The position numbers were made by a program, and so were the translations under genes. A stretch of 64,000 bases of DNA. Origin: Balanoglossus misakiensis. Taxonomy: Eukaryota; Animalia; Hemichordata. The notes below the pieces were generated by a model that was not told the origin of the DNA, searched no databases, and was given only the letters and a program-made list of their open reading frames with translations. How positions within the stretch are numbered: position 1 is the first letter of the stretch; every line of letters starts with the position of its first letter. The stretch is taken from the NCBI GenBank assembly GCA_040954595.2, contig CM082594.2:5565319-5629318 (forward strand), in the 5' to 3' direction. Shown here in pieces: positions 22,601 through 35,259 of this stretch.

Positions 22601-25595
22601 TAGGATTACATATTAATGGGTATAACGTACATTTGTGTAACTTAAGCTTCGTTGTATTTGTGTGTCCAGGAACTTGACTTTGCCAAAGATTACTTTGATT
22701 GATATTTTCTTTGTATTTTGATTTACTTTGTAGGCGGATTCAGGGCTCAATTGTGTGTGCAACTGCAACCACCACCCATCCGGAAACCAAGAAGAGGATC
22801 AGACGATGTCGGCCGCCTCCTTCCTCGTTTGCGAGTGGGCTCAGAAACTTTTAGGCCGTGCCTTTGACACTTTGCTTGACTTAGCCCGCTACTTGGTGGG
22901 CAGCAACTGCGTGTCCACCAAGTCGATGGCGGCGTTCACCGTGCTGGCCGACATGGAGATCAGCTCCAGGAGTAGTAGCAAGTCGATCGATCTGGGATTG
23001 ATCCGGCGACCGTCGCTGGTGCCGCCGCACCAGGAGGCGCGCCGGCAACTGCAGAGGAAAATCCAGGAGAGGAAGATCTTGAAATTCCAGAAGGAGATGA
23101 GCGAGCACAAGTCGAACGCGGAGACGAACTCGAAACTGAAAGGTCAGCCGAATAGCGCGGAGAAGGATAAAGCCGGCAAGGCAGCCTCCCACGCGAAGGA
23201 AGCTGTCGAACAAGACGCTGACAAAGCCTCACAGATAGACTCCCGAAATACGACTTTTAAGCCGATCGACAAGCAAACGCCGGCGTCGCTCGCGGCGACC
23301 AGAAGTACGACTGAAGTCGTGAACGTCAAGCCGACCAACACAACCACGCAGAGTGCGTCTCCCACAAGCGGTGCGCCGAGAAGCCAGCTGTCTGTAGCGA
23401 CTAGCGTGTCTGTGTCGGCAACATGCCACGTGACCGTGTTAACAGGCCCTGATAATTCGACGAAGGTCACTTATACGCCCACCACGTCCGCGGCAGAACG
23501 GTTCTCCGAAATACCCAGGTCTAAAGAGGGCACTGTTCCACAGGACGTAACGCGGAGCACCGTTCCTCCGCCGCCGCCAGTCCAACCACTGATGCCGACA
23601 ACACTGCCAAGCCCGGGAGTGGCGAACCAGCTCCGCAATCCCCCGGCGGTGGCCTCTTCCGCGAATTCCGGCAAATTTCCCAAGATGCCGTACCCGCTCG
23701 CGCCGATCGCTCCCAAGCAGCAGCCGTACTGCGGTTCGGACGTCACGTCCGCCAAGCAGCAGAGAACGGACTCCTACCGGATAGAATCGGCGACCACCGC
23801 AGCTGCGCCGCCAAGCGCAGCAACCCAGGCACCCAACAAGAGCAGCAAAGAGTCGACCATGTCAACCATGTCATCACACGGAATCGACTCGCCTGACGGC
23901 GTCGTGGCAGCGACGCCGTTCACCAGTCCTCCGACTTCGAGCCAAAACTCGGCAAAGCAAGGAAGTTCGGGAAGCGTACTAATGGCAGCCCTGTCTTCCC
24001 GGAATATGGACAATCTGCCGATGGGCAGTCTACCACCGATATCCACTGTGTGCCCTCGAATCAGTATGGACATAACCAACAATATGGTGGGTACATCGGG
24101 AACTAATCAGACCAGTGCAAACATGATAAACTCAAACATTGGTTTGTGGAGTGAGAGTGGCGGTCAGATGCCTCAGAACATGGGTTATGCAGTGTCCTTG
24201 TCTTCAACCCATATGACTGCCAGCAACGTGCCCCAGGGTGCGGTCCAGTCCACTGCCAGAAATTTCCTCGGACCCACGTCATCGGCGCCGTCACAGAATG
24301 CCTGTACCTCTTCCGTGTCTATGGAAACGGCCTCCAGTAATAACATCATGTCTGCATCTCCGGCTCCTGCCAGTTTGATGTCGCCTTCGCAGCCCGATGG
24401 GATTCTTGCCGGATCGCCAGTGCCCAGCGCGCGATCGAACGTCGGGCTCATGCACATGGTGTCGCCGTCGCCCAGCACGCTTCGCCGGCCGAGTGTCGGC
24501 AGCACGCCCTCCACGACTCCCCTGCCCGCCGGGAGCGTGCCGTCGAGCCCGCTGGAACACAGCAGCAACAGCGGCAACCAGTTCGGCTTCACTCCCATCC
24601 AGAGCGGCTCGGGTTTCGGCACGACGAACGTGACGGTCAACAACCTGAGCCCGATCAAACCCACGCAGCGCGTGCCGGCCACGTGCACGGTCGGCATGCC
24701 CAGCCAGACGCAGGCCACGGGAGCGACGCGACGAAACACACTCTCCCAGCAGAGGCAGCAGTCGTACCCTTACTCCACAAACAGAACCGGTGCCAGCAGC
24801 AACAGAATGCAGCAGATGGGTGCCGCACAATTTGGCGTCCGGAACACGTACTTGAACTTAAGCAAGGATTCTCACAACGGCAGCTACAGCGAAAGTTACG
24901 CAACGAATCCTAGTGTGCCTGTCCAGCCAAGGTCAGCGCACACTCCAGCCGCAGCACCTAATGTGAACCAGGCCTTGACCTTTGCTAGTCCACCAAACCA
25001 GGGTCAAATGTCAGGATACATGGGTGGGGGCGGCACCCAAGTGGCCATGAACGCGTGCAGCCAGGACGCCAGTAGTTACGCCGGTCAGAACATTCCGCCG
25101 CTAGGTCTCGGGGCCTCGAGTCGCAGTCACTCGGCACCGTTACCCCAGGCGCTTCCGGGCAACAACGCCAACGGACAAACCCCGTGGCAGGTCGACCACC
25201 AGAATCCCCAGAACTACGCGGCCAAGCGCAACCTGACGCAGATCCTGGAGACGGATAACATGGAGACTCCGCTGCGCGAGTTGGAACTGAGCGACGCCGA
25301 CTTCGAGATCGACAACGGAGCGGGCAACAACAGCAGTCTCCAGTCTGGACTGCCGCCCGGTTACGGTCTTCCACAACCTTTGACCCAGCAGTACCTGCAC
25401 GGTCATTCGACAGCCGCCTACGAAAACAACATGGACGACGTGACGGCCAATACCGTGTTCCAGGATTTTTACCAGACTCCGAACCGCAACGCGACCCCCG
25501 GGGGTAACCCTGCCAACGGCGTGAACTTTGACCTGCACCAGTGGCAAGTAAGCAGCGATAGCAATAACGGTGCTCAGCAAAGCATGTCATGTTAG
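13687..25595 (+). CDS. RFX7: RFX5/RFX7-type regulatory factor X transcription factor (5'-partial, 6 exons found)
   Basis: Exons 13687-13720, 15683-15777, 20525-20650, 21414-21530, 22482-22563 and 22734-25595 join in frame. They give [27 protein letters not shown], the RFX DNA-binding domain ([12 protein letters not shown]...[10 protein letters not shown]...[38 protein letters not shown]), then [14 protein letters not shown] and [12 protein letters not shown] as in RFX7, and a long S/T/P-rich tail. Confidence 0.92.
21531..22481 (+). other. U12-type (minor spliceosome) AT-AC intron in the RFX DNA-binding domain
   Basis: 5' site ATATCCTTT (21531), branch point TTTCCTTAAC (22457-22466) and terminal AC (22480-22481). 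Its removal restores S-K-Y-C-Y-S-G. Confidence 0.95.
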
Positions 25596-28500
25596 TGTCA
25601 AGTCAAGGAAGAGAAGACCTCTTTCACCCCTGTGCCTGTGCTTTGGTTTAACCCATTTGATTTTGTTACAGTTTAAACAGGCTCTGATACAAAGAGGACG
25701 GTAGACAAGGAATTTCTAAGTTTGACAAAGATCCCAACTTCTCCAAACTTTGTCTCATAAATGTTGCAAAGAGAAAAGATACTGCCAGTGTTTTGCAACA
25801 AAAAATAATAATGAAAATATTCTGCAAATATATGCTTTTGGAGACTGCCAAATTAAGTATTCATATATATAGGATGAGTGTTTTGAATTTGGGGGTAAAT
25901 TATAATAACGGAACGGGATCATCGAAATTTAGTCTTCAGTTTCCTTTGTATTTATTTTGAGACAAAAGAAATTTATGATGTATATATATGTCTGTCGATC
26001 ATTATTCTGACATTTGAGTACTTAAAAGGTCAAATTTCTGCTAAATTGTACTTGACCCCAAGCTGTGATGTAATGTGCTCATCATCTTAGTTTCCTTGTT
26101 TTACTGCCACTTTCTTTAACTTGGCTGAGGATATTGATAGAAGTTTAAACCAATGCTGAACAGTGACAATTCTCAATGTGAATTTAGTTAGTACTATAAA
26201 GTGCTTAATATATAAATACATATTAAATTAGAGTTAAGGAATTATACTAACCTATACCAAAACTTTGTGAAATGATGTTTATTTTGATACTTTTTGATTT
26301 TTTATTGTTCCTGAAATGCTTATAAGTACCAACAGTTTTAAACCAGGAATAATTGGGGAAACTTTTAATCTGCTTACTGCCATTTTGAATTCAGTTTTAT
26401 CGAGTTTTGTGTCAAGTCAAACTTGCCATATCAGAGATGCTGACAATCTTTTGATGATGTAAATTATTTTCAGTGTTGTTGTAGCACTGTGTCTGTTTTA
26501 ACTGAAATATGGGCATGATTTCAGTTTAGTGTTCCTTGGGAAAAGATGTCCTATGATATTTTTGTTGTGAATGTGCACGGCCATCTTGTTTTGTGGAATA
26601 CTAAACTAATATGGTGCCAAAATATGTACTTATATTCTGTTACCAAGTGATGGTGATTTTGGGCCGAGTTTGGGAATTTCAGAATAATTTTTGTGTGCAT
26701 AGGACTGAGGATTGTGGGAGATCATTCAAAATATTCCTTGTTGCTGACCAAGAGGGCACTCTCCATGATATTTTCTCCGATATTCTTCCAATTGTCGGAT
26801 CAAAAGTTGAATCACTGCTCCAACATGTGTTTCTAAACCTGAAGTCAAACTTCATTGAAAATATGTTGCAGTGCATTTGTGAAGTATTTAGTTGACGCCA
26901 TTTTTTGGTCTGATGCAACTTTTCATGTCATGCTAGACAGTATCAATAGTTATGTTGATTTTTAAACAAAAACATCTCTGCTGTGTTTACCCTGTCCATG
27001 AAAATGCCTAGTTTAATACCCAGGATTAAGATCGCATTGCATTGTACACACATTCCAAGTTTGGTTGCTTGTCGCACAGGTCAAACAATCTCCCTATCAG
27101 TCTCAGTACTCTGTCAAATGTCTTTAAAACTTGTAAGGGTTTGTTAAATCCCAACAAGAGAAAATTTTGTTGGGTATCACATATTTTGTTAGGCAGGATC
27201 TGAAAGATGGGCTGAAAGTTGAAATAGTGTTGAAATGCTATTCAAATTTTATAAAATTTATAAAATTAGTTTTGAATATTCAGAGCTCAGTGTCAATACT
27301 GTGGTAAAATACATATAAATAAATGCAATATTTGTGTACTTTGGACAATTAAAAATTTTGACATATTTTTCTAACCAATCCAATACTTAAAATTTGTAGG
27401 CTCAAAGATATTTTACTTGATTTTTGCACTAATTTTGATACCTGGATTTGACTTGAAAAATATTATTATTAAGTAAATACATGTACTTAGACTTGATTGT
27501 AGAGATATTGTATATACTATCATAGTTTTTATATGCTATGTGTCTTGATAATCACAGTATTTTATTATTTAATAATTATTATCTTAATTAATATGTTAAT
27601 TAATATTTTGGAAGGGGGGTGAGTCTTTAGTGTGCAAGTCCAGTGTGAAACAATTCTATTTGAATGACCTTTGACTTATGACCCAGTGTCATGAAAATTT
27701 TTGGAAGCCATTTTGCCACTGTCATAAATCACCTACAATGTGCTGGTGACATTTTACTGTTCTTTACTACTTATTCATTATTAATTAGTTTTAGCGAAGG
27801 AAAACAAATCCATGTTTTATTAGCATGGATGTAAACTTACTTTATTTTCAGACGAAAATATGGTTTTATACCAGAAATGCAGTTCGTCGAACCCGACCTG
27901 CATTTTACTTCTGAAATTTTCAAGTTTTCAGTTTTAGGTTTCCAGTTTCCTCCCACAGATGAATTTTGGTTTGTTTTACGACACGTCATTAGAATTTATG
28001 ACCAGAATGGCATTATTAAATGCAACTAAAATGGGGGACGTATGCAACATTCCAAAAAATACAGTTAATACAGGAAAAAAATCCTAGGGAGAACAAGGTG
28101 CTTTACTGTGCTCAGAAAGTGTGAATTGAAATAATGGTGTTACTTTTCCTTTTGAAACAAAAACTTCCCCAAAGCTTTGAATAGTGGAAACTAAACAAGT
28201 AGATAAACAGAGAGTAGGGTAGATTTTTTCACGTTTTTTTCCCTTGAGTTTGACACTGCCGTGAAAGAAAAGATTTTTTCAGTTAACCACAAATAGTACT
28301 TTTCATCAAATAGGCATTATTGTTGTGAAATGTGTCAGTTATTTTGATGGTTTTGTTGGGAGATAAGGGTATGTAAATGTCCAAGGTTTGTCTCAAGAAC
28401 ATTGTAAGTGAAATAAGTGTCTTGTCTTGATGATATATACCCAGACTTCTATCAGCTTATATCTTTTTAGAATATTTATGAGAGGGTCAAATAGATTGCT

Positions 28501-29454
28501 TTTACTTTCATGTAGAAGTACGGTGCTCTTGAGGTGCATGATGGGTAGGAGTGTATCACTTCTCCAGTGATCTGTTGGGTCAAAGTTCACATTCCATGTA
28601 AGATACGATGAGAGTTTGTGTTCATTCACAGCAAAAGTTTACTTGCAGGGTTGTGTTGTCATCCACAGAGTGAATTTTCGGGTTTAATGTGGATACTAAA
28701 TTCTTGTCCGCAAACACTTCATAGGCAGTCATTTCCTTTGACAGTCCACACTGGGTATGATCAAGCACTGGTTCTCATAAACACACCAGAAAGTTGGTGA
28801 AACTCTTTGTAGGTTGAACTGTACGAGAGCTGCTGTATAAATATATTCAAATTTTTTTTATTTTTCCTGCGTACTAACATTTTTCGCATGTTACTTTATG
28901 ATAGCTATATTTTAGGGTGCCAAATTGGTTGTATTTTCATATTATTGACATAGAATTGCAGTATTTACATCTGTATTTCCAATAACCAGAGAAATGAAAT
29001 TTACATAATATTGAGTGACGTTTTCTTTAGAGAATGCCTAGTTTGCACACCTCTTTTTGAAAACCAGCACTCCCAGTGTATACTAGTTGGGGGTGTCTTT
29101 TATTGTAAAAGGGGACATACATTGTCATTTTAGGGGTAGAAGCATACCTGTGTAGGGGAGAATTTCCAGACCTCATTTACTCTTTTGAAGAATTTACAAG
29201 TGGTGGTTTTTTTAACGTGGTATTATAATTATTATTTCTTATGTAGTTCTATATTTCATATATGGATGGAAATATTTGAATATTCAATTAAGATGGATAT
29301 TTTTCCAAGTGATCAAGGTTTTCCTGAAAGGACAAAGATGCTAAAAATAATTTCATAATGATGATGGGGGAATTGTCTTCAGGATGGATTTTATACAAGA
29401 TTGTTACTGTTGAAATAAAACATTGTATGATTATCAAACTTTTCATGCTTGAAG

Positions 29455-29533
29455 TTAACCCTATTTTCACCCCTACATGTATAGTATAAAGATCCAGCAC
29501 AGCTTCTGAAAATAGTGGAGGTAGAAGGGTTAA
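29455..29533. mobile_element. Short TTAA-CCC...GGG-TTAA MITE (piggyBac-like ends)
   Basis: TTAACCCT...AGGGTTAA ends, with similar ends to the copies at 40961 and 44547. Confidence 0.5.
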
Positions 29534-30163
29534 TTAAGGATCACCCACATCTGATGGCATTTGTGGAGATTGCCATAAACACAGAACTAATTCAGGTGCG
29601 ACACAATCATTAAATGTTTAAAATCCAATTTTGTTTAATTTGTGTAAATTACACAAAATAAGTATTTTTGTCAATGACAGGTACTTAAAAAATATCGTGC
29701 AGCAAAGTACATGTAGGATAATTTAAATATAATGTATTTTAAAATTATGTTGAATCCCATGATCTGTTCATTTCTCTATTGTCCAACCTTAGTCACGTGT
29801 GAGAGAATCCTAAAACACAGTCATGTGTATGTAGTATAATGACAGAGTTAAAATTTTGTTAAAAAACTTCTACTCCAAGTGACAAACCATCGCAATGACA
29901 TCATTTGAACTCAGCTGCTTTAAGAATTAGCATATTCACAAGTATATCCCATCGGAAAATAATATTTTGATTGAAGGAAGGAAATAGTCATGTATTTCAG
30001 TAGAGCTTCATTGGTGCTGGAAAAAAAACGTGACGGGAGAAATAGAATTTTGTCATTCCTGAGTTGAGGGCGCTCTCTGTGATCATGATGAAGGCGCTCC
30101 CTGTGATCATGTCGTCCCGTCAAGTGATGAAAACCCAGTCGAATTTAGAGGTTTTACAAGAGA

Positions 30164-30737
30164 CTACTGCTGTTCTACTTTCTTCACCATGGCACACAAA
30201 TCCTCTCCTGAAGCTCTTTCAACGTGTGCGACATACTTGCACTCTTCCTCCCCGTAACTGGACATCATATTCTGGTTCAAGAGTTCCTCTTTGAAATTGT
30301 GCAAAATGTAGCACCAAGCTATCTGGTCTTGTTCCGTATCGTCGAACGGCTGCACGATGATTTTCCTTCTCTCGTACCAGTGCGGGTGGTTTTCGAGTTT
30401 GTCCAAGGTTGCCAGCATTTCGTCATCAACGTCGTACATTTCTCCTTGAATTCTCTGAAATGTGAACAATATGGAAAGACAATTTGAAACAATTCAAAAC
30501 ATAGAAAGTAACAGTTTCTGCATTAAAGTTAAAGTTTCGACTTACATTTCCGAAACCTGGCTTGTCCAACACGAATGGAATATTATACGGAGTGCCTACA
30601 ACTAGTGGCCACTTGCCCAATGTTTCTGCCTCTCCGACAAAATTGGCAGACCCGTTCTTTTGGTTAGTCACCAGGTAATGATTAGGAAATCCCATCTTCA
30701 AAGTGCCGTACACGAACATCCGATGAAGTTTGGACAT
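30164..30737 (-). CDS. GGACT: Gamma-glutamylaminecyclotransferase (GGCT/AIG2-like fold), 160 aa, 2 exons
   Basis: Exons 30737-30546 and 30454-30164 with a 91-bp GT-AG intron. Motifs FVYGTLKMGFPNH, NIPFVLDKPG, IQGEMYDVDDEMLATLDKLENHPHWYER and AWCY. Confidence 0.92.
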
Positions 30738-30946
30738 GATTACTACTCTCACACGCCTGGTACTTATTCGTTGAACTATAAAATATCAGCGATCTTGTCG
30801 GTATGGACCTTATTTTCTTATAATTCATCAGGATCGCCAAGCTAGACGACGAAACAAGTTCGCATTTGCCCAGTTTCTGGTTTTACCCTTTGACCTCAGT
30901 CACATGACAAAATCAGGTGACGTAACTGTCAATTTCCAAGATGGCG
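30738..30946. promoter_or_regulatory. Putative compact bidirectional promoter GGACT/GPATCH4
   Basis: The divergent start codons are about 200 bp apart. E-box GTCACATGAC (30899-30908), CRE-like TGACGTAA (30918-30925) and YY1-type CAAGATGGCG overlapping the GPATCH4 ATG (30937-30946). Confidence 0.7.
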
Positions 30947-31864
30947 TCCAGTGAATTCGCCCAACGACAACTCGCTAAACATGGTTGGAAAAAAGGTAAA
31001 CATGCTGTATTTTTGTTATGAAATGATAAAACTTTTACGCTACAGTCATTTATAGTTTTAAATAGGTTAACCACTTACTTAAACGTTTGTTATTTACTGA
31101 CGGGAAATCGAAAATAGTACACTATATGGTTACTCCGTATTTAATACTCATGGCCATGCCATGTGGTCTGTCTGTAGCTCTGCGTGTCTGTTGACTGACG
31201 AGTACCGTAGTAGCTCTATTTGGTCCTACCTGGGACCGTTCAGGGCGAATCTAGAGACATTATTACGATCTCGAACAATCTTGTCAATCGTTAAAGCTAC
31301 CCCTAACTTGCGCTTGAAGGCAAATTTACGTTGGCCTTGGACCCACGTGGAAAGTGCACGCCCTCTATAAGGCTAAACAAAATGTACATGTATACATTTG
31401 TTCATGTAGTATATGTACTATATGATGATGATTATGACGACTCAAGGAACTACCTGTTGAATATGACTCCACTATACAAAATGACAATACTCACACTTTG
31501 TGGTAACCTTCATTACTTGCAGGGGCTGGTCTTGGCAAAAATGAAACTGGGATTACGGAAGCCATCAAAGTGAAGATCAAGGCAGACAAAGCTGGGGTAA
31601 GCCGATGTCAATTTTATTTTTCTGGTTATTGGATTTGATCGCAGTTTTTGCATGAAACCTCAAGGGGTGACTTATGGGCAATCCAATATGTATTGTCTTC
31701 CGTGAAAATTGGAAAAATATTTTTATTAGAAATCAAGTGAATTAGAGATAGTAGACAAGTGAGCCAAACATTGTAACTATGAATGTTGTGTAGTTTGAAA
31801 TCTTAGGTTGGATTCAGTTGCATGTACATGTACCGGGGTTGGGGTGGTGGCGAAATCCGAGAGG

Positions 31865-31897
<33 letters not shown>

Positions 31898-34800
31898 GGG
31901 GGCCGTAGGGAAAGGTGGAAACCAACTAAAATTCTGACGGTGGAGGATGGGGTTACTTAAAGGGACAAAGTCTCTCTCTCTCACTCTTCTTTTCCCATTT
32001 ATTATGTTTGATTCACTACACTGTCTATGCTAATGCACATGTGGATATATAGTGAATCAACATTCAACCATCACGTTTGTAGGATATGAGAGTAAAAATC
32101 TCGCCAAAATGAATAAATGGTAAACACCGAATATTCATTTTGCTCTCGCGTCTACAAGTGGGATGGAAGGTGTGTGTGGTTGAACTTTGAGTAAAATTTC
32201 TACATAATGTTTACCATAGAGATTTTCAAAGTCACTAAATTTGGCGGCCATTTTGAATGCCATAGACTAAGCACAGATATAGGCGGCCATTTTGAATCTC
32301 AAATTTGGCGGCCATTTTGAAAGTCTTAAGACAATTTTGAAAAGACCCCCCCCCCCCCCCCCCCCCCCCCACTCCCCCCGAATTTAATGAGTAAATGAAA
32401 AATTATTTTCGGCAAGAAATGAATAATCTAAAGTAGCCAAAAATGAATAATCAGTGTTTACCATTTATTCATTTTGGCGAGATTTTTACTCTCACATCTA
32501 TATGCAGGATGGAAGTTGTTTGTGGTTGAACGTTGATTCACTATATACATGTATTCACATGTACTGAACATCAATGGTGTCTTGTATCAAACATACTTGA
32601 TGGGAAAAGGGCAGCAAGAGAGAGACTTTGTCCTTTTAATTTCAACTACCATTGAGACTGCATCTTAGATAACCCTATTGCTTTGATCTGTAGGTGGGGA
32701 CAGATCCAGGTGAACAGTTTACATTTCATTGGTGGGACCACGCATTCAACAAAGCTGCAAATGGTATCACAGTTGAAAATACACAGGTAAGAGCATCAGA
32801 GGAGAGGTGTGATGTATGTGAATATAGCTGAATTATCAATGTTTGGGGCATCACTGAAGCAATTAAAAACAGTGACAAAGGGGGTAACTTACCTTTTTAA
32901 GAAGTACATGATTTAGTCACGGTTTTCTTGTTTTTAATAACATTTTTATAAAGTTTTAATGCCGAGTAGGTCATTTTATCATTGTATCTTCACAGTTTTA
33001 ACCCTATTGCTACCGGGTGTCATAACCCGTTAGAGTCTCAAGTCCCATATAGATAGGTATCATCACTGGAATACGTATTTAGACAGTGTTGGTTTCTTTG
33101 ATTAGCTGCCATGTGTGTATTTAGACAGGGTCGTTTGCCTCAATCTAGCTGTATCCACTGTTTATGATCACCTTGGCCTGATCAAATTACCCAGCAGAGG
33201 CGTTTAGTATGTACTCAGCTGTTCAAATATTTGACATTACACAGTCTGATACCAATTCATTTCTCCACAGTCAAGTATGCCCGGGATTCTAGGGGGGTAG
33301 GAAAATAACTACGTTTCCTACTGACTTGGCACTGTTAGGGTTAATATTGTATTTTATGAGCTTAGTTTTTTTATTGTAAAGTGGTTTGATGTTTTTATTG
33401 ATGGAAATCGCTGTATAAAAATAAATTATTATTATTATTATTATTATGACAAGGCAAGAATGTGATTCTGTAAATAATAATTTTTTCTTTGGGATCTCTT
33501 CTTCTCCCCAGGATGGTGTCAAAGTGAAGAGCAGCTCAGATAAAAGGACCCCAATCCAGACCAAGAAGACAGCCATGACACTGGACAATAAATCAATGTT
33601 GTATGGAAGATTTATTAAGGTAAGTCGAACATGTACAGTGAAAATCTCTCATTTCCTCAGGACACACAAGGCAAGGAATGTGTATAGTGGTGAAATTTTG
33701 TCATATCTTCATTTGTAGTGAACACTTAAAAAAAAAAACAATTATATAAACTTTAGTGCAATTATAATAATGATCTGTGTCTCTGAAAAGCAAAAATTAT
33801 AATTCTATATGATTCACTAAAACTACCAGAGGTTCGATTTTACTGTAGGCCATAGTCCCAGATTGAGCTGGTAGTTCTCTGAAGATACACCGATGCCATG
33901 TCTATCAGTGCAGTTGATTCTTGTTCTTTTTCTTTCAGTCGGCCACACTTACACCAGAGGGTCTGCAGGGAATTGGAGATGATGGTACAAGTAGTGATAG
34001 TTCATCAGCAGAGAGTGACAGCGACAACCCAGAGGATAAATTTAAAGTGCTGACAGATGAACAGCTCTTCAAAGCTTGTGGTGGACTCACAGCTCACAAG
34101 TAAGTTCATGTCATTTCTTTTCTTAGAGAGAGTTAAAAAAAGCAGCATGGAGTAGATATGTTAAGCATATTAAGCAATCACTACTATCTTTGTATTTGTT
34201 TCAAATGTATATCAAATGTAGATGGTACATGTACCAGGTAAATCAACTTAAAACATTTCTGGTTACGTTCAACTTTGGCCAATCATAGGCAATATTTATT
34301 TTATAAATTATTAGGCCATAGGGAACAGCCTTTACATTGGCTAATTGTAAGTCTATTCTTAGTTCTGCTGCACTATTGTAATGTCAGTCACAGTATTGTA
34401 TAGTAGTGGAACACATACAATTCTTACTGCCTGAAATAGGTTTATGCTGCCTTGGTGAACAATAAGAATTTCATGCAGTAGACTTTTGTCATGTTTAATA
34501 AATTGGAGTTTGAAAGCTAAGAAATTGTGTCTTTTAAGATTCCATGTGATGGTGAGTTGACATTTTCACCCACAATGCATTTTATTAACCCACAATGCAA
34601 TGTCATTTGTTGATGTTTCAGGGCTGCACGGCACGGACATAAACTGAACGGAAAATTGCGACGGATCGAGGAACAAGAGAAGCAGCTTTTGAGGAATATT
34701 GGTGGAGACGGAGATTCAAAACCCAGCGATGAAATGAAGAGTACCGGCAAGAGTAATTCTTGCAAGAAGAAGAAGAAGAAGAAAAAAGCCAAGAAGAGAA

Positions 34801-34988
34801 AGCGGGAAGACAAGGCAGATGTCGGAGAATCCAGTGGAAAGAGTGAGGAAAGCCGACGGAAAAAGAGGAAAAATGCGGACTCGGACTCTTCTGTGGAAAT
34901 CAACGCACATTCAAGGACTCGGAGAAATAGCAAGAAGTTGAAAAAGAGATCTGAAAAGGATGCCGTGAGACTTCAAATCCCCAGTTGA
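30941..34988 (+). CDS. GPATCH4: G-patch domain-containing protein 4, 285 aa, 6 exons
   Basis: Exons 30941-30995, 31523-31596, 32694-32786, 33512-33619, 33939-34099 and 34622-34988 join in frame. G-patch [30 protein letters not shown], then QFTFHWWDHAFNKAA, LYGRFIKSATL, LTDEQLFKACGGLTAHKAARHG and a Lys-rich tail. Confidence 0.92.
31957..32639. mobile_element. Non-autonomous foldback DNA transposon flanked by TTAA (Kolobok-like ends) in GPATCH4 intron 2
   Basis: TTAA|AGGGACAAAGTCTCTCTC...GAGAGAGACTTTGTCCTT|TTAA. Imperfect inverted arms of about 180-200 bp, including GAGAGTAAAAATCTCGCCAAAATGAATAAATGGTAAACAC. Three internal GGCGGCCATTTTGAA repeats. Confidence 0.7.
33635..33846. mobile_element. 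Degenerate TA-flanked CAGT...ACTG MITE (Tc1/mariner-pogo-like ends)
   Basis: TACAGTGAAAATCTCTC at the left and AGAGGTTCGATTTTACTGTA at the right. Confidence 0.4.
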
Positions 34989-35259
34989 CACAGCGATGGT
35001 TTATAGACTCCAAGGGTGCTGTTCAGGTAGGACTGAATCAATCTCAATCTGACACACACTGTCTCCCACATCCCTTCCTTTTTTCTCACTGTCATTAACG
35101 CAACTGGAACTACTTTGTGATAACAAATTAGTTTACTTAACGGTTTCTGTTTAACAATTGTTGTGAAAAAAAACCCCTACAATTATCAAATTTTTCCTGG
35201 CAATTTTTTTGCAAAAATGTCAATTGATGCATTTTCATAGAATTGTTTATATATGTTTG

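Noticed and set aside
22881-25590. Many antisense and alternative-frame ORFs over the large RFX7 exon
   Set aside because: They are shadows of a GC-rich coding exon with no recognisable domains.
31881-32378. Long G run and long C run in GPATCH4 intron 2
   Set aside because: G/C homopolymers occur at several places in the window, and their lengths are error-prone. There is no evidence of function.
32808-32860. Possible box C/D snoRNA in GPATCH4 intron 3 (GTGATGT...CTGA...GGGGCATCA-CTGA, partly complementary to 18S UGAUGCCC)
   Set aside because: The C box is imperfect, the span is only about 50 nt, there is no terminal stem, the guide is only 8-9 nt, and the predicted site is not one I recognise. 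A snoscan or Infernal run would settle it.
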